Shown here: in pieces, positions 48,974 to 57,921 of the stretch
Layout of the letters: each line of letters begins with the position of its first letter
How positions within the stretch are numbered: the stretch's first letter is position 1
From: a virus
Reading direction: 5' to 3' (one strand)
Length of the DNA stretch: 64,000 bases
IMG/VR virus record: IMGVR_UViG_3300025789_001072
Span: 1-64,000 of that record
Notes under the pieces: model-generated
The model's input: the letters and a program-made list of their open reading frames with translations, nothing else
Told to the model about the DNA's origin: nothing
The model's database searches: none
Made by a program: the position numbers and the translations under genes

Positions 48974-49519
48974 TTATTTATTTGGATATACGCCTAACTT
49001 GTGGAAACACTCAGTTAGTCGTTGTATTTGTGACAAACAATCCCATAACGCATGGTGTTTGTTATTTTGTGGAATAAAATGGTCAGGAACCAGTTTATAG
49101 ATTGTGCGAGCATCTAGCACTTGCCAGAAGTTCCACGGTGACTTATTATTGAGTTGACGGTTGCAACTTTCTAAGATAGTAAAATCAAATCCTGCACCAT
49201 TTGCCCAATAACGGTCAGCACCCTTTGCCCAATCATTGAGACTTGACATTGCTTCTGCTAGTGGTAAACGATTATCATCAGCAAATGCTTCTGCCTTTGC
49301 TTCTTGTGGTTGTTTAGCCCACCATTGAACTGTATCTTCATTGATTTCACGCTTCTGTGATTCAACATCTACTCTGCAGTAGAAGAAGTCCAGTGTGGTA
49401 GGGTCTGCTACGGTGGCATACTTGCCCATACGGTCAAAGGCAATGCCAGCGATGGTTAAAACTGTGGCGTCAGGTGTATTGCCTAACGTCTCGATATCGA
49501 TCATTACATCTCTGTGTTT
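48974..49519 (-). CDS. DEDDh 3'-5' exonuclease
   Basis: MIDIETLG, WANGAGFD, D.RT, HHALWD. Confidence 0.85.
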   Translation of the reverse strand, partial: KHRDVMIDIETLGNTPDATVLTIAGIAFDRMGKYATVADPTTLDFFYCRVDVESQKREINEDTVQWWAKQPQEAKAEAFADDNRLPLAEAMSSLNDWAKGADRYWANGAGFDFTILESCNRQLNNKSPWNFWQVLDARTIYKLVPDHFIPQNNKHHALWDCLSQIQRLTECFHKLGVYPNK

Positions 49520-49771
49520 CATACTATCAATATACACTAAAATAACAGCATGTCAAGATATTTTTATGCGTACAGAATAAATAATATTGTCAGTTAATGT
49601 TTCGGAGTACTAACCAATGTCTTCTCAAGAATGGCAATGCATTAGAAAGCATCTTCCTAATTTTCTAATTTGGCCAGAAGTATGGATGGGTTGCCTCTTT
49701 GGTTCGGTAAGTGGTGTAATACTCTTAGAAACAATATTAAAGTACGTCGTTCAATAAATTGGAATTCGTGT

Positions 49772-50050
49772 ATGGATTTCTTAAAATTAGTTGGTGAAGT
49801 TGGATTCCCTATTGCAGCCGCCTGTGCAGGCGGTTATTTTGTTTTTTTAACCCTAAAATTTATTCTTGCTGGCGTTACAAGTTCCGTGAATGGTATTAAA
49901 GGTATCATTATGGCGCTTGATAACCGTGTTAAGACAATGAACCATGATGTTATAAGAATTGATACTCTCATGAGTAATGCGTTAGGTGTGCGTCCCGACC
50001 TTGATCGTATTGCTCGTGCAGACGGTAAGAACGACGCAAGGAGAGACTAA
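49772..50050 (+). CDS. small membrane protein; paralogue of 50518..50871
   Basis: GFPIAA TM segment and D.R...N.D.IR coiled coil; start re-placed at MDFLKL. Confidence 0.65.
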   Translation: MDFLKLVGEVGFPIAAACAGGYFVFLTLKFILAGVTSSVNGIKGIIMALDNRVKTMNHDVIRIDTLMSNALGVRPDLDRIARADGKNDARRD

Positions 50051-50145
50051 ATGATAGAGAATTTTGTATTAGCAAGTTTGTTCGTCCAGCTGGCAGTAAT
50101 TGCATATGTTGGCAAAGATTATCTGTTTAATTAAAGGAAAAGACA

Positions 50146-50328
50146 ATGAAGAAGTTATTATTAGTAGCAACAATGTTAGCATTTTCAACAAGTGCTTTCG
50201 CAGCAACTGCACCAGCAACTAAGGCTCCAAAGGCTAAGGTTGTGCATAGTGCATGTGATCCTGTAAAAAATGCAGCAGCATGTAAGAGTGTAGTTCATCA
50301 CAAAGCACCAAAGAAGAAAAAGAAATAA
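50146..50328 (+). CDS. small exported basic protein
   Basis: SD AAGGA, signal peptide, two Cys, Lys-rich tail. Confidence 0.65.
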   Translation: MKKLLLVATMLAFSTSAFAATAPATKAPKAKVVHSACDPVKNAAACKSVVHHKAPKKKKK

Positions 50329-50517
50329 TTAACTTTTTGTTAAGTAATTGGTGGTAGTATAATGAAGTGGAAAATGCACAGAATCCTTACCGTGTTGAAG
50401 AACATCATCGTGTAAACGGTGATCGGTATTATACTGTGCACTTCCATGGAAAATTAATAATAATACTACGAAATAAAAGAATAGCAGACGAATATATAGA
50501 ATTGAATAAGAAGAATA

Positions 50518-50871
50518 ATGGAACAGAGTCTAGTACAAGCAATTAATCAATATGGGTTTCCAATTATAGCCGCAAGTGGAATTGGCTATATGATATATTT
50601 TGTTTGGAAATGGGCAACTGAAGAAGTTAAACCTGTGCTAAGCGAAGCCAATACAGTGCTGATTGGTCTTATAGATCGTATTCGTATGTTAGATAATGAT
50701 CTTATCCGTCTTAATCAAAAACTAAACATAGTGCTAATGTTGCGTGGTAAGGAGATTGAAAGCCAACGCCATCTTGATGATGCAGTTGCAGATGTTGCTG
50801 CAAAGGCAAAAGAAGAAGAAGTTCAACGCACTCTTAAAAGAGCAAGTAAGAAAATTCCAAGCGACGGTTAA
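50518..50871 (+). CDS. small membrane protein; paralogue of 49772..50050
   Basis: YGFPIIAA TM segment, IDRIRMLDNDLIRL. Confidence 0.65.
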   Translation: MEQSLVQAINQYGFPIIAASGIGYMIYFVWKWATEEVKPVLSEANTVLIGLIDRIRMLDNDLIRLNQKLNIVLMLRGKEIESQRHLDDAVADVAAKAKEEEVQRTLKRASKKIPSDG

Positions 50872-52923
50872 TTACTTTGAATTAGTGCGGAAAACACCAT
50901 CCCAATCTTTACCTGGCGGATTGGCAGCCATCTCGGTACAACGTTCAATCCACATATCATAATAGCCATCCATTTGACCATCAAACTCGCCTTTTAACTG
51001 CTTACATGCTTCAATAGCAGTTTTAAAGTGTTGTGAGTGATAATCATCCATCATACTAATATGCCCACTTTTTGCTGCTAGGTATTCTGCGGCTGAACCA
51101 GCATCGTATATCTGTAGCACAGTGTGAATATTAACACCTTCTTTCTTACCTTTAACTGCGATACAATCTAGTGGTAGCGTGAAGTAATCATTCTTTACAT
51201 ATTCATTGGTTTTATCGCCAATAACCATAGCAACATGATATGGTTTGCTTTGACCTTCTAGGCGTGAGGCAAGATTGACACCATCGCCAAGGCAAGTGTA
51301 ATCAAACCGCTGAGAACTCCCCATGTTACCAACAACGACAGTAGCAGTGTTGATGCCAAGTCCCATTCCAAAAGGTGGAACGCCTTCTGCGGCGACTTCT
51401 CTGTTAAACGCATCTAAACTTCCTAACATTTGTAGTGCTGTTTTTACAGCATTCTTTGCATGTTCTGCATCATCTAGTGGTGCGTTCCAAAATGCCATTT
51501 GAGCATCACCGATATACTTGTCAAGTGTTCCGCCATTATCTAAAATTTTAGCAGTCATCGCTGTCATATAGCGATTCATGATCTTGGTTAGCCCCTGAAC
51601 GTCGCTTCCATAATGCTCGCTAATAGAAGTAAAGCCCCTAACATCTGTAAATATGATAGACAATTCACGTGACTCTCCCCCAAGTGCCAATAATTCAGGA
51701 TTCTTTTGTAGTTTTTCAACCATTGCAGGTGAAAGATAAGTTCCAAATTGTTTCTTTATTTGTTGCTTTTGTAAGAACTCAGAGATAAATTTAACTCCGT
51801 AGGCATGCAAAGCAACCAAGATGATTGTAGCAACAGGAGCGGTTGCGTCCCATAACTGTAGAGTGTGACTAAACTGATACTGAGAAAAAGCAATACTGCC
51901 GATGCCCAATACAACAACCGTGCCAAGTCCAACATATACCCACCTTGTTAGGAATAGTAGTAGTAATCCACCAATGACAATGGCAGCAAGTTCTGTACCT
52001 TCTGCATAATCTGGTCTAGAAATATTTACCTTGTTTGCCAACGTAGCAATGATCTTGGCTTGAATATCTTGTGGATATACAGCACCGATAGCAGTAGGAA
52101 CGGGATTAGCAATGCCAGCAGCCGATGTACCAACAATTACAACAGCACCATCAAAGTTTTGTGGCATATTCATAAGACTTACTTGTTTATGTTGTTGACT
52201 TAAATCAATCCATACACGACCAAGTTGGTCAGTGGTGAATATAGATTTGCCCATACCCATCTTATCAATGCCAATTTCACTTAGCTTAACCTTAAAGTTT
52301 TTTTCATTTGTAAAAACACGTAGCGTTTCAATACCAATGGTTGGATAAAGTTTGCCACCACTGCCAATAAGTAGTGGAATACGACGATTCACACCATCTA
52401 TTTCAGGGTATACATTGGTAGTACCGACACCGATTGCGGCGTTTTCTAGTTCTGGAATGTTGGCGATTACTCCAGGATAATTGTAAATCCTATCTATAAA
52501 ATTGCTATTGACAATGGCGGCACCATTAGGACGAGGAGTATTTTTATTGACTGTACTTGGAATGTTTGAAAGAATGGTGGGGTGTTGTTTAAGAGTATCT
52601 GCTAGCACAGCATCACCGCCTTGACGGTCCGCCTCTGGCATCAACACTGTCCATACAACTAGACTTGCTCCACGAGCATAGATATCTTTAATAATATCCG
52701 CATATACAGTTCTGCTAAACGGCCACTGACCATACTTGTCAAGTGCTGCTTCATCAATATTAACTGTATAAATTGGGTTATCAGTAGGAGCCTTGTTGGT
52801 GATTAACGTGTCAAAGTATCGTAACTTTATACTTTCAACAAAGGTGGGTGATGAAATCTTAATGGCAACTAAAATTGCCAACGTGATGAGCGCAGTCCAT
52901 GGAGATAGCAGAATTTTTTTCAT
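50872..52923 (-). CDS. CHASE2-domain class III adenylate/guanylate cyclase
   Basis: VNIDEAAL..GQWPFSR CHASE2 start, TM helices, FTDVRGFT, DKYIGDA, DYTCLGDGVNLASRLEG. Confidence 0.92.
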   Translation of the reverse strand: MKKILLSPWTALITLAILVAIKISSPTFVESIKLRYFDTLITNKAPTDNPIYTVNIDEAALDKYGQWPFSRTVYADIIKDIYARGASLVVWTVLMPEADRQGGDAVLADTLKQHPTILSNIPSTVNKNTPRPNGAAIVNSNFIDRIYNYPGVIANIPELENAAIGVGTTNVYPEIDGVNRRIPLLIGSGGKLYPTIGIETLRVFTNEKNFKVKLSEIGIDKMGMGKSIFTTDQLGRVWIDLSQQHKQVSLMNMPQNFDGAVVIVGTSAAGIANPVPTAIGAVYPQDIQAKIIATLANKVNISRPDYAEGTELAAIVIGGLLLLFLTRWVYVGLGTVVVLGIGSIAFSQYQFSHTLQLWDATAPVATIILVALHAYGVKFISEFLQKQQIKKQFGTYLSPAMVEKLQKNPELLALGGESRELSIIFTDVRGFTSISEHYGSDVQGLTKIMNRYMTAMTAKILDNGGTLDKYIGDAQMAFWNAPLDDAEHAKNAVKTALQMLGSLDAFNREVAAEGVPPFGMGLGINTATVVVGNMGSSQRFDYTCLGDGVNLASRLEGQSKPYHVAMVIGDKTNEYVKNDYFTLPLDCIAVKGKKEGVNIHTVLQIYDAGSAAEYLAAKSGHISMMDDYHSQHFKTAIEACKQLKGEFDGQMDGYYDMWIERCTEMAANPPGKDWDGVFRTNSK

Positions 52924-52937
52924 GATGATATTTAGAT

Positions 52938-53822
52938 TTAGGAAATCTTGAAGGAGATATATTCAACAATAGCGGTGGCAATATCTACGCCGCAATACTT
53001 CTCAAACCCTTCAAAACCAGGTGCGCTATTTGCTTCGCATACCTTGTAACCGTCATCGTCAAACAGCAAGTCAATACCAGCCACATCTAAACCAAGACAC
53101 TTAGCTGTTTCACGGCATAGCAAGTCCATCTCTGGTGTAACGGCAAATGGTTCGCCACTGCCGCCGCCTGTGATGTTGGCACGGAAATCACCTTCTGGAC
53201 CAATGCGTTTCATAGCACCAATGGTCTTGCCACCAATTACCCATACACGAAGGTCAGTGCCTGCTGCAGCATTAACGAACTCTTGCACAATCATTGTCTT
53301 CTTAACGCCAAGATTATCAACCAAGTCCATTAGATTTTCAAATAGTTCTTTGGTTTGGCAAAGATGAACGCCCTTGCCATGCGAACCTTGCAGCACCTTA
53401 ACAACACATGGAAATCCTATTTCTTGTTCAACCACTTTGCTCGAAACAGGAAACTTAACTAACATTGTCTTTGGTGTAGGGATATTGTTCTGTGCTAGGA
53501 TTTGATGTGCTAGAAGTTTATCTTTAACATTTGCAATAGCATCACTACTATTAATAGTAGGCACACTAAACTTTTCTAATTGACGCATAACAGCACTGCT
53601 AAAGTAATTTGTTCCACTTCCTGTGCGGGTTAGCACAATCTTAGGCATAGAGATGCTTGTGCCTTGATAGCGAATACTTTTTGAACGACTGCGATTAACA
53701 ATGATATCAAAGTCATCTGGATGCACAAGTTTGGTGTCAATGTTTTTAGCAGCAAATGCTGCTAGCAATCTGCCGTTCTCATAACTTTCACGATGCTGAC
53801 TTAGTATCCAAACTGTGCTCAT
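52938..53822 (-). CDS. rimK: RimK-family ATP-grasp ligase
   Basis: DKLLAHQIL, GSHGKGV, QEFV, DLRVWVIG, FRAN, CEANSAPGFEG. Confidence 0.85.
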   Translation of the reverse strand: MSTVWILSQHRESYENGRLLAAFAAKNIDTKLVHPDDFDIIVNRSRSKSIRYQGTSISMPKIVLTRTGSGTNYFSSAVMRQLEKFSVPTINSSDAIANVKDKLLAHQILAQNNIPTPKTMLVKFPVSSKVVEQEIGFPCVVKVLQGSHGKGVHLCQTKELFENLMDLVDNLGVKKTMIVQEFVNAAAGTDLRVWVIGGKTIGAMKRIGPEGDFRANITGGGSGEPFAVTPEMDLLCRETAKCLGLDVAGIDLLFDDDGYKVCEANSAPGFEGFEKYCGVDIATAIVEYISFKIS

Positions 53823-53826
53823 GCTA

Positions 53827-54840
53827 TTAGTTATCTATGGACTTAATAAGACTTAAATTTTCTACAAATGCAGCAGTGCAGCCGCTCCATGTATATTGCT
53901 TACTTGATTCATGCACAGTCTTACGATCACAGTTAAGTGCTTGTTCAACCGCCTTTTCTAAATCATCATCCATATAACCATTAACGCCATTAACAACTAC
54001 ATCGCTTGGTCCAGTAACAGGATAAGCAGCAATAGGAGTTCCACATGCCATTGCTTCTAACATTACAACACCAAATGTATCAGTCTTGCTTGGAAATACA
54101 AACACATCAGCACAAGCATAATATTCGGCTAGTTCCCTACCACTCTTATAACCAGCATAGTTGATATGTGGATATTTGCGTTTTAATTCTGGCAGATATG
54201 GACCGTCACCGACGAGTATCTTGGTGCCATCTATTTGTAGGGAACAGAAATCATCTAGCCCTTTTTCATAACTAGCACGACTAACACAAAGTATGATAGG
54301 TTTCTTGACACCAGTAGTTTCTCTGCGTTGTGGATTAAAAGTAACAGTATCAACACCACGGTTCCACACAGCAAGATGTTCAAATCCACGCTGTGTCAAT
54401 TCCCCCTTCATAGTTTCATTTGTAACTAGCACCTTAGTAGAGAACTTATGAAACATTTTTATAAACCAGTATCCCCAATCTACAGGAAATCCAAAGAACT
54501 TATTAAAATATTCTGGAAACTTTGTATGGTAGGATGTATTGTGTGGGATACTGCGCTTATCTACTTTACAATACCAACGAGCAGCAAACCCTAGCGGACC
54601 TTCTGTGGCAATGTGAATGGCATCGGGATTAAATGATTCAATCATTGGACCAACCTTCCAGATATTCCACGCTAGTCTAATTTCTTTATAGCCAGGTGCT
54701 GGCACGGTCTTAAACTGACTTGGTTCAATAACCTGAACCTCGTGTCCAAGTTTTCTTAGTTCTGCAACAGTATTGACAAGGGTAGTTACAACGCCATTTA
54801 CGCTTGGACTATATGTATCGGTGACTAGGGTGATCCGCAT
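53827..54840 (-). CDS. GT4 glycosyltransferase (Agt-like glycolipid synthase)
   Basis: TDTYSPSVNGVVTTL, HIATEGPLG, SYHTKFPEY, FPSKTDTFGVVMLEAMACG. Confidence 0.88.
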   Translation of the reverse strand: MRITLVTDTYSPSVNGVVTTLVNTVAELRKLGHEVQVIEPSQFKTVPAPGYKEIRLAWNIWKVGPMIESFNPDAIHIATEGPLGFAARWYCKVDKRSIPHNTSYHTKFPEYFNKFFGFPVDWGYWFIKMFHKFSTKVLVTNETMKGELTQRGFEHLAVWNRGVDTVTFNPQRRETTGVKKPIILCVSRASYEKGLDDFCSLQIDGTKILVGDGPYLPELKRKYPHINYAGYKSGRELAEYYACADVFVFPSKTDTFGVVMLEAMACGTPIAAYPVTGPSDVVVNGVNGYMDDDLEKAVEQALNCDRKTVHESSKQYTWSGCTAAFVENLSLIKSIDN

Positions 54841-55567
54841 GAGAGTATTTAATTATAATCCACTTGCCTTCATAGGTTTCAACAAGTGCTGTGCAACTCT
54901 CTACCCAATCACCACAGTTCATATACTTTACATCACCTATATCACGAATGTTCGCATGATGAATATGTCCGCATATAATACCATCGGCACCTTTGACTCT
55001 AGCAAATTTGGCTAGGTTTTCTTCAAAGTCGCCAATAAAATTTACTGCTTGCTTAACTTTATACTTTGCCCATGCGCTTAGACTCCAGTGTGGGAGTCTG
55101 AACCAATTTTGTAATTTATTAACAACCACATTAATGTTAATGAGAATATCATATGCCCAACTTCCTATATGTGCCAACCACTTCATATTCTTCATGACCA
55201 CATCAAACTGATCGCCATGCATGACTAGATATTTCTTTCCATCTAATCCGCTATGTGTGATTGTATCAGTCAGAATAATATTACCAAAATGATGGTCGCC
55301 AAAACTGCGTAAAAACTCATCATGATTGCCTGGCAAATAGGTAACAGTTGTTCCCTTACGAGCCATACGCATAATCTTTTGTATAACATCGTTATGTTCT
55401 TGTGGCCAGTAAAATGATTTGCTCATTGCCCAACCATCAATAATATCGCCTACAAGATAAAGACGCTCACATTCAAATGTTTTAATAAATTCAAGCAGAG
55501 CCTGTGGCTGACTCATTTTTGTGCCTAGATGCACATCGCTTATGAATACACTTCGATAATAATTCAT
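54809..55567 (-). CDS. metallophosphoesterase, LpxH2/PlcP-like
   Basis: SDVHLG, GDIIDGW, GNHD, HGDQFD, GHIH, NCGDWVESCTA. Confidence 0.88.
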   Translation of the reverse strand: MNYYRSVFISDVHLGTKMSQPQALLEFIKTFECERLYLVGDIIDGWAMSKSFYWPQEHNDVIQKIMRMARKGTTVTYLPGNHDEFLRSFGDHHFGNIILTDTITHSGLDGKKYLVMHGDQFDVVMKNMKWLAHIGSWAYDILININVVVNKLQNWFRLPHWSLSAWAKYKVKQAVNFIGDFEENLAKFARVKGADGIICGHIHHANIRDIGDVKYMNCGDWVESCTALVETYEGKWIIIKYSHADHPSHRYI

Positions 55568-55592
55568 GCAGTAATATTTATGCTGCCATTTT

Positions 55593-56195
55593 TTAGTTAT
55601 TTGGGTAGTTTATTAATTCTTTGTATTCAATCCAATGATGTTTATCTAGATTAATATTTAATTTGTTAAGATTTTCATTCAGATAATTCCAATCAGACAA
55701 AGATTGCTCAACATCAATGTGAATGAAATAATCTTTATTCTTTAATTGTTCTTCAATACTTGATTTACAAATTTTCATAAATTGATCTAATTTATGTGTT
55801 TGTTCATTTTTAATGATGCAGTTTTCTGCAACTTGTTTATAATTTTTGCTATAAAGATGTATCTTGATTTGATCTTTTTCAACTAAATCTTTGTGCACGA
55901 AATTTTTAATATTCTTGAAATATTCATAATGAGTTGATATAACAGTATTCAAGTTATTATCTATAATATTTTTATAATTTTTGTTGATTAAGATATTATC
56001 ATTTTCAACACGAGTTCTAAAAGGCATCGGTTCATTGCACCACTGTGGTCCAATAAATTTTACTTTATTACCAAATTTTTTATGTATTTTCCATTCATTT
56101 ATGCCATCTGCGGAAAAAACGTTATTTGATTTTTCTAAAAGATTACAAAAACCATCTCCGCCAACACCTGCAAAGAAAAATATCCAATATTGCAT
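55593..56195 (-). CDS. hypothetical protein, AT-rich (possible P-loop/sulfotransferase-like)
   Basis: N-terminal AGVGGDGF loop. Confidence 0.55.
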   Translation of the reverse strand: MQYWIFFFAGVGGDGFCNLLEKSNNVFSADGINEWKIHKKFGNKVKFIGPQWCNEPMPFRTRVENDNILINKNYKNIIDNNLNTVISTHYEYFKNIKNFVHKDLVEKDQIKIHLYSKNYKQVAENCIIKNEQTHKLDQFMKICKSSIEEQLKNKDYFIHIDVEQSLSDWNYLNENLNKLNINLDKHHWIEYKELINYPNN

Positions 56196-56215
56196 TTAAT
56201 TATTTAATTTAGAAA

Positions 56216-56349
56216 AGGTGCGGGTAGGATTTATACCTACAATTTGATGGTATTCACAGGCTACAGGTTTAACAGACCCTTGCTTTCTAGTTTTCAATAT
56301 TTCCATCATGCCGATACTCGATTACGTGTCCTGCCCACGCCGCCACACC
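56216..56349 (-). ncRNA. tRNA-like non-coding RNA with an expanded central region
   Basis: GGTGTGG/CCGCACC acceptor-like stem, GCGTG/CACGT D-like arm, GTAGG-TATAAAT-CCTAC T-like arm, extra TGATGG/CCATCA arm; GC-rich intergenic. Confidence 0.7.
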
Positions 56350-56359
56350 CGTATTCTAA

Positions 56360-56593
56360 TTAACCTTGACTAACAAAGTCATTTAGAATCTTAGCCTTTT
56401 CAACAATCTGTTCCATAGTATAGATTGGTGGAAGGTCTGGAGTAGTAGGAACAGGTTTATGTCCTTCATGTGCCAATGAAACTTGATTGCTCCAATCAGT
56501 GCGGATCATATCACATTTTGTATGGTATTCTGTATTAAGTGCGTCTTGTGCCATCTTTAACAATTCAAGACGAAGCATATATGGATTTGACAT
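56360..56593 (-). CDS. hypothetical protein (LRLELLKMA family)
   Basis: Strong SD AAGGAG, TAAATA upstream. Confidence 0.7.
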   Translation of the reverse strand: MSNPYMLRLELLKMAQDALNTEYHTKCDMIRTDWSNQVSLAHEGHKPVPTTPDLPPIYTMEQIVEKAKILNDFVSQG

Positions 56594-56680
56594 TATATTC
56601 TCCTTTGTGTGTTTGTGTGTAATGTCTGCCTACTGTTGTAAGCAAGAGTATTTAACCACACTTTACGTAGTAATGCAAAT

Positions 56681-57385
56681 TTAATTTAACGCTATTACTT
56701 CTTTACTGCCAAGAATCTGTGCAGTGTATTTGCAAGCACGTGGATTGATAATATTCACTTCTTTTTCTTCTGGATTACCACGAACATCTACGCTTAAATT
56801 ATCAATATTGTTTGGTGGTGTAGTAGCAGTAAGTAAAACATAAACTTCTTTACCTTCACTGTGTGTGCGACCTTCTACACCTTCAATATAATCATCTATA
56901 ACATCACGATCAACAGTCCAGTGTGAACCTAAATCTGTGCGATTCAAATCTTCAAACTTTTGCAAGAATACAATACGATATAGCACACCACCTTGTTGTA
57001 TTATAGCATCGACTTCATTGCTATAATCATAAATTTCAACTGCGCCACGACGACTATCGCCATAATAATCTGTCCAAAACTTTAATGCATCAGCAAAATA
57101 TTTTGGATCAATTAGCCTATTATTTTTTTCTTTTGCGGGCGATGGCAGCGTATTAAAATATTCCCATGTATTAGAATCACGCACAACGCTAAACTCTTCT
57201 GGTTTAGCACCACTATTTTTTATGGCATAATCAATGCGATATTTTTTATACCAATCCACTGCTTCATCATATGAATTAAAAAACTTTGCATTATCATGCA
57301 TATCGTTTGGCTTACCATTACGAAATAATTCATAATAGCCTGGTCCAGTTTTTTGTGGTTTGGTTTCTATTTCACTTATACGCAT
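56681..57385 (-). CDS. hypothetical protein, possible ADP-ribosyltransferase-like C-terminus
   Basis: N-terminus MRISEIE; LYR...GSHWT...EKEV weakly resembles the R-S-E pattern. Confidence 0.5.
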   Translation of the reverse strand: MRISEIETKPQKTGPGYYELFRNGKPNDMHDNAKFFNSYDEAVDWYKKYRIDYAIKNSGAKPEEFSVVRDSNTWEYFNTLPSPAKEKNNRLIDPKYFADALKFWTDYYGDSRRGAVEIYDYSNEVDAIIQQGGVLYRIVFLQKFEDLNRTDLGSHWTVDRDVIDDYIEGVEGRTHSEGKEVYVLLTATTPPNNIDNLSVDVRGNPEEKEVNIINPRACKYTAQILGSKEVIALN

Positions 57386-57392
57386 ACTATAT

Positions 57393-57920
57393 TTAATGTT
57401 TTGTGTAACTGTATCCAGAACAAGGCGGCGTTAAACATTGGATACTCATGCTGCCGCTATCTGGCACCGTAGGGCTATCTTGTAACACTTTTGCTGTAAT
57501 ACCACTGCCACTCAAATTAAGAACAAAACTTTTATCAGCATCACCAGACTGATGAATAGCAGCGCCGTTATTGCTATTGGAAGTAGTGCCATCAAGATTA
57601 ATAGCAGCAGTATGATTTCCACTACCGCTTTGAACGATTGTGAGGGTGTTGTTGTTATTATTAGCAGCATTAGTATTAGTATTAATAGTTCCATCTTGGT
57701 TCATTCCTACGGGTGGCGTTCCAATGAATGCAGCGTGATTGCCACTGCCATTCTGTATTATAGTTAGGTTGTTGTCATCGCCTTGATTCAAAATAGTAGC
57801 CTGTGGCGCACCACTACTAACCTGTTCTACGAATATGTTATTGCTATCACCTACTTGGTCTATATAAACACTGCCAGCCGCAGCAGGCGTAATCCATAGT
57901 AAGAATAATAAACGCTTCAT
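57393..57920 (-). CDS. curlin-repeat protein (CsgB-like)
   Basis: Signal peptide; repeats such as YIDQVGDSNN, ILNQGDDNN, IIQNGSGNH, IVQSGSGNH. Confidence 0.75.
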   Translation of the reverse strand: MKRLLFLLWITPAAAGSVYIDQVGDSNNIFVEQVSSGAPQATILNQGDDNNLTIIQNGSGNHAAFIGTPPVGMNQDGTINTNTNAANNNNNTLTIVQSGSGNHTAAINLDGTTSNSNNGAAIHQSGDADKSFVLNLSGSGITAKVLQDSPTVPDSGSMSIQCLTPPCSGYSYTKH

Positions 57921-57921
57921 A

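Noticed and set aside
56216-56349. tmRNA or a second spliceable tRNA
   Set aside because: Too short for tmRNA, with no Ala acceptor identity or tag ORF; no excision that restores a canonical 5-bp stem and 7-nt anticodon loop could be found.
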